A stretch of 36,898 nucleotides of DNA from a virus (taxonomy: Duplodnaviria > Caudoviricetes). Made by a program: the position numbers and the translations under genes. Shown here in pieces: positions 34,088-36,898 of this stretch. How positions within the stretch are numbered: position 1 is the stretch's first letter; every line of letters begins with the position of its first letter. Below the pieces are notes generated by a model. The model had not been told where the DNA came from and did not search any database. It saw nothing but the letters and a program-made list of their open reading frames with translations. The stretch is taken from IMG/VR virus record IMGVR_UViG_3300038608_000010, positions 1 through 36,898 of that record; one strand, 5' to 3'.

Positions 34088-34842
34088 GCTGCCTTTCCAA
34101 GCATCTCGATAAACCACAAGCGGTCCACTTTGCGCAGGTCCACTGAATTAGGGTTGCCGACGACGAATATACGAACGTCGGCCAAGGTCACTTCCCATTC
34201 GTCGCCACCTTGCACCTCCGTGCGCTCAGTCCCGCGCTTGCGCGCGTTGAGCATTCCAACCCTAATCCAGCGAGTGATGGTCTTGCTATCGACGCCCATC
34301 AGGATCGCGACCTGATTGGCGCTATAGAGGCCTGCCGAATTACGCGATGCAGTCACCCCAAGAGCCTTGCGCTTGCGTTGTAGGTTGATCGCTGTGGCGG
34401 TGCGCGAATAACCACGCGCCTTGAATATACGGGCAATGACTTGGGCGTTCTTATGGGCGTGCGCGTCCAGAAGTTCCATTTCCTCATCGGTCCACGCCGC
34501 CTCCTTGAAGCGCGGCGTCACCAGTCCCAACTGCTGAGCGCGCTTACTGACCCACCAGCGCTGGCGGCCAATACGATCTGCCAGCTTGCGCACGGCTAGT
34601 TTCTCAGGGTTGTTCTCGTACACTGCGCGAATGGCATGGTCAGTGAACGCATTAATCTGATAATGCCGCTTCGGCTTTCCGGCTCGCTCCGGTCTGGAAC
34701 TAAGCCCGAGCTTTGCCGCCTGCTGATAGATCGACCCACGCGTTCGGGTCTTCAGTAGTTGCATGCATGCTTCGACGCCATGGGCCGCATAGTGCGCGCG
34801 CACAATGGCGATTTCCGGAGTGGTCCAAAAGTATCTGCTCAT
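34084..34842 (-). CDS. multi-HTH DNA-binding protein
   Basis: Repeated WT.xE (Myb/SANT-like) units and a C-terminal excisionase-like HTH (YSANQVAILMGVDSKTITRWIR). Confidence 0.75.
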   Translation of the reverse strand: MSRYFWTTPEIAIVRAHYAAHGVEACMQLLKTRTRGSIYQQAAKLGLSSRPERAGKPKRHYQINAFTDHAIRAVYENNPEKLAVRKLADRIGRQRWWVSKRAQQLGLVTPRFKEAAWTDEEMELLDAHAHKNAQVIARIFKARGYSRTATAINLQRKRKALGVTASRNSAGLYSANQVAILMGVDSKTITRWIRVGMLNARKRGTERTEVQGGDEWEVTLADVRIFVVGNPNSVDLRKVDRLWFIEMLGKAA

Positions 34843-34866
34843 TTTGATACTACAGCAAACTTTTAA

Positions 34867-35196
34867 TCAGCCGTCAAGCGAAACCTTTGCCTGGATGCCG
34901 TAGCGTACTTCCAGATGCCCGGCGTCCTCTCCCCCTGCTGTCGGGTGTACCAGCAAGTAATTCACCACGCGTTCGGCAAGGAGGGTTCTGGCCTTGTTCT
35001 CGCCGTACGCATTGAGAACTTGCCGCGCCAGCCACCAGTTCATGTAAGCGACTTTGCGAGGGGCCGGCCCTGGTTGGGCGCGGCCATTGAGAACGGCATT
35101 GTGGTAGGAGCACAACTTGCGGCCGAAATTGAGCGTCCAGCGGTTATCGCATTGCGCGCTGTGGTCGGCATAGCTGCACAGGGAGTCGATGTCCAT
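34867..35196 (-). CDS. hypothetical protein
   Basis: TAATG coupling to the replication gene. Confidence 0.55.
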   Translation of the reverse strand: MDIDSLCSYADHSAQCDNRWTLNFGRKLCSYHNAVLNGRAQPGPAPRKVAYMNWWLARQVLNAYGENKARTLLAERVVNYLLVHPTAGGEDAGHLEVRYGIQAKVSLDG

Positions 35197-35693
35197 TAGT
35201 GCGCCTTTGCCAGCCTGTAGCTGGCGTCAAAGTCCTTGCGGATGCGGTTTTCGATGTCCCACGTCGTCAACTCCCCAAGACGGTTCAGCCCGCCGAAGGT
35301 CTTGACGAGAGCGACCAGCATCGGCTCCCGGGGCATGCGGTTGTCGCGGATACACGCCCGAAACTCCATCCATGCACTAGTGGTGTCCATTCGTTCCGGC
35401 TGTTTCTTCTTGTCAACCGGAAACAATCCAGACCAGCAACGCATGGTGCTCTGGTCCAGAATTTCGTTTGGATCATGTCCCTGCTGACGGAATTGATCGA
35501 GCAGTTGGAGGGACAGTTTCTTTGCTCTTTCGGTGAGCGGCTTCTTGATTTGCTTGCGCATCTGCATGAACCCCTCCCACGCTTCTGAATCCACCCACTC
35601 TGGCAGCTCACAGAACAGTTGCACGGGCGGCCTCCTTCTTGGCATGGTGCCGCGCGCGCGCTTTGGCCAGGATCGTCGGTCGGTTGCGCTCAT
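35196..35693 (-). CDS. phage replication initiator-related protein (C-terminal-type domain)
   Basis: LPEWVDSEAWEGFMQMRKQIKKPLTERA...ILDQSTMRCWSGLF; true start may be internal. Confidence 0.7.
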   Translation of the reverse strand: MSATDRRSWPKRARGTMPRRRPPVQLFCELPEWVDSEAWEGFMQMRKQIKKPLTERAKKLSLQLLDQFRQQGHDPNEILDQSTMRCWSGLFPVDKKKQPERMDTTSAWMEFRACIRDNRMPREPMLVALVKTFGGLNRLGELTTWDIENRIRKDFDASYRLAKAH

Positions 35694-36075
35694 ACCATGC
35701 TCGGCGCGTCATCTTGGCGTGCACCGGGCTTTCCTTCTCGTAGGCACGTTTCCGCGCCGTCTCCTTCTCTTTCTGTTCTGGCGTCAGGTTATGCGCGCGA
35801 ACACGGTCGCGATGTTTCTCTGGATCGAGCCAGTAGCGTTTCCGCTGCCGGTCGTTGATTAGCCGGCGGACCGAGCAATTGGGAGATTTCGGCTTGCAGT
35901 CCATGAGCCGGCATTCGGAACAGAGCTTCCATCGAACATCCAAAGCCACCCGCTTATGGAAGTTCTGCACGGACTTGGTTAGCTCTTCCAGCGTTCTGTG
36001 TTTGCTGTTCATGCCTAGATTTCCTGAGCGGGAAGTGTGCGAAAGCATCCCGACAGAATCGAGATTCAATCGCAC
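35608..36075 (-). CDS. basic hypothetical protein with CxxC
   Basis: Arg/Lys-rich; CSEC; start uncertain (possibly MNSKH). Confidence 0.5.
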   Translation of the reverse strand: MRLNLDSVGMLSHTSRSGNLGMNSKHRTLEELTKSVQNFHKRVALDVRWKLCSECRLMDCKPKSPNCSVRRLINDRQRKRYWLDPEKHRDRVRAHNLTPEQKEKETARKRAYEKESPVHAKMTRRAWYERNRPTILAKARARHHAKKEAARATVL

Positions 36076-36522
36076 GGACGTTTCCTGGAGGGGTCCCGTA
36101 TAGCGCGGCAGGCATCTTGTTCGAGGCTGGCCCTATGCTTGCTACGGGGCCACGGATTGTTTCAGCCTCTATCCCACGGTCATCCGCTTACGATCAGGCA
36201 GCCGCTGTTATCCGCGCAGCCTGAAAGGCGGATGGGCTTACAGCAAAAGAGGATGGTTACAGCAAATGACAGCTAATCCGGCATTGCGCCAGCTTTGACC
36301 CCGACCACGTATGCCTTTAGGCATAAAGGATTTCCTTTGGTGAAACCGAGGCCCGTTGGCTTTGGGCTACATGTCTACGGATGGGACGTATTCATGCAAC
36401 TTGAAAGTCACGGTTTCCCAAAGGAAACCCTTTCCCACCTACCCTGACAGAGCGGTGCCACCCGCTTCTGCTGGCTATCAATAGCCTATTTCTTCTCGTG
36501 CATCCTGCACGCCGTGTAAATC

Positions 36523-36795
36523 TTACTTGCGCCGTTTGTACTTTGCAAGGTTTCGCTTCGCCCGCTTCTCGACCCGCTTGGCCGAGTCCTCGATCTGCCG
36601 CGCCGCCTGCAGGATCAGCGGCTCGGGAATCTGGAGCTGGTGGACCATGGCCGCGCCCAGCACCTTCAGCGAGGTATCCAGCGACAGCGGGTCGGGCCAG
36701 ATGGAGACGGCCTGCTGGGAGATGCCAAGAGCTTTGGCGGTCTCCTTCTGCAGGCCCGTGGCAGACAGCAATTCGATAGCATCGGCTTTGCGCAT
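36523..36795 (-). CDS. Cro-like HTH repressor
   Basis: QKETAKALGISQQAVSIWPD HTH; first gene of the leftward operon. Confidence 0.85.
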   Translation of the reverse strand: MRKADAIELLSATGLQKETAKALGISQQAVSIWPDPLSLDTSLKVLGAAMVHQLQIPEPLILQAARQIEDSAKRVEKRAKRNLAKYKRRK

Positions 36796-36801
36796 GGGGC
36801 C

Positions 36802-36829
36802 ATTGTACAGGGTATAGCGCGCTTGTCTA
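36802..36829 (-). promoter_or_regulatory. leftward promoter, probably giving a leaderless cro mRNA
   Basis: TAGACA, 16 bp, TACAAT, then 6 nt to ATG with no RBS. Confidence 0.6.
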
Positions 36830-36830
36830 G

Positions 36831-36859
36831 TTGTACTTTGGTAAAGAGTGCTGTACTAT
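36831..36859 (+). promoter_or_regulatory. rightward sigma70-type promoter
   Basis: TTGTAC, 17 bp, TACTAT; followed by AAAGGA and a GTG at the window end. Confidence 0.7.
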
Positions 36860-36898
36860 GGCGTCACTGGATCAACAACCAAAGGAAAGCGCGTGAAT

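Noticed and set aside
1-36898. Integron integrase, phage integrase or reverse transcriptase
   Set aside because: No ORF shows tyrosine-recombinase R...HxxR...Y or RT YxDD motifs; one could lie outside the window.

Overview
The window is most of the genome of a GC-rich tailed phage with P22-like (podovirus) virion genes; both ends are cut inside genes. The + strand 1-7457 is an early operon: a Rad52/Sak-type annealing protein, a PD-(D/E)xK exonuclease and many small ORFs. The - strand 36795-7339 runs Cro-like regulator, replication/nin-like genes, HNH, late regulator, terminase, portal, scaffold, major capsid, head completion, DNA injection, tailspike, M15 endolysin and holin-like genes. No integrase, cI repressor, tRNA, CRISPR array or reverse transcriptase was seen. 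The main observation is an integrase-less integron-like platform inside the early operon (2772-4871): four canonical attC sites and a terminal attI-like site, all on the - strand. They delimit four cassettes (1117, 275, 438, 251 bp) whose end cores match pairwise. Most cassette genes are antisense to the array, so they run with the phage operon, and they are translated through the attC hairpins in one conserved frame. This suggests a phage using IntI recombination, possibly from the host, to swap accessory genes. Two candidate structured RNAs (31150-31530, 36110-36240) and several inserts in the head genes are also noted. All protein calls come from motif recognition and synteny; no searches were run.
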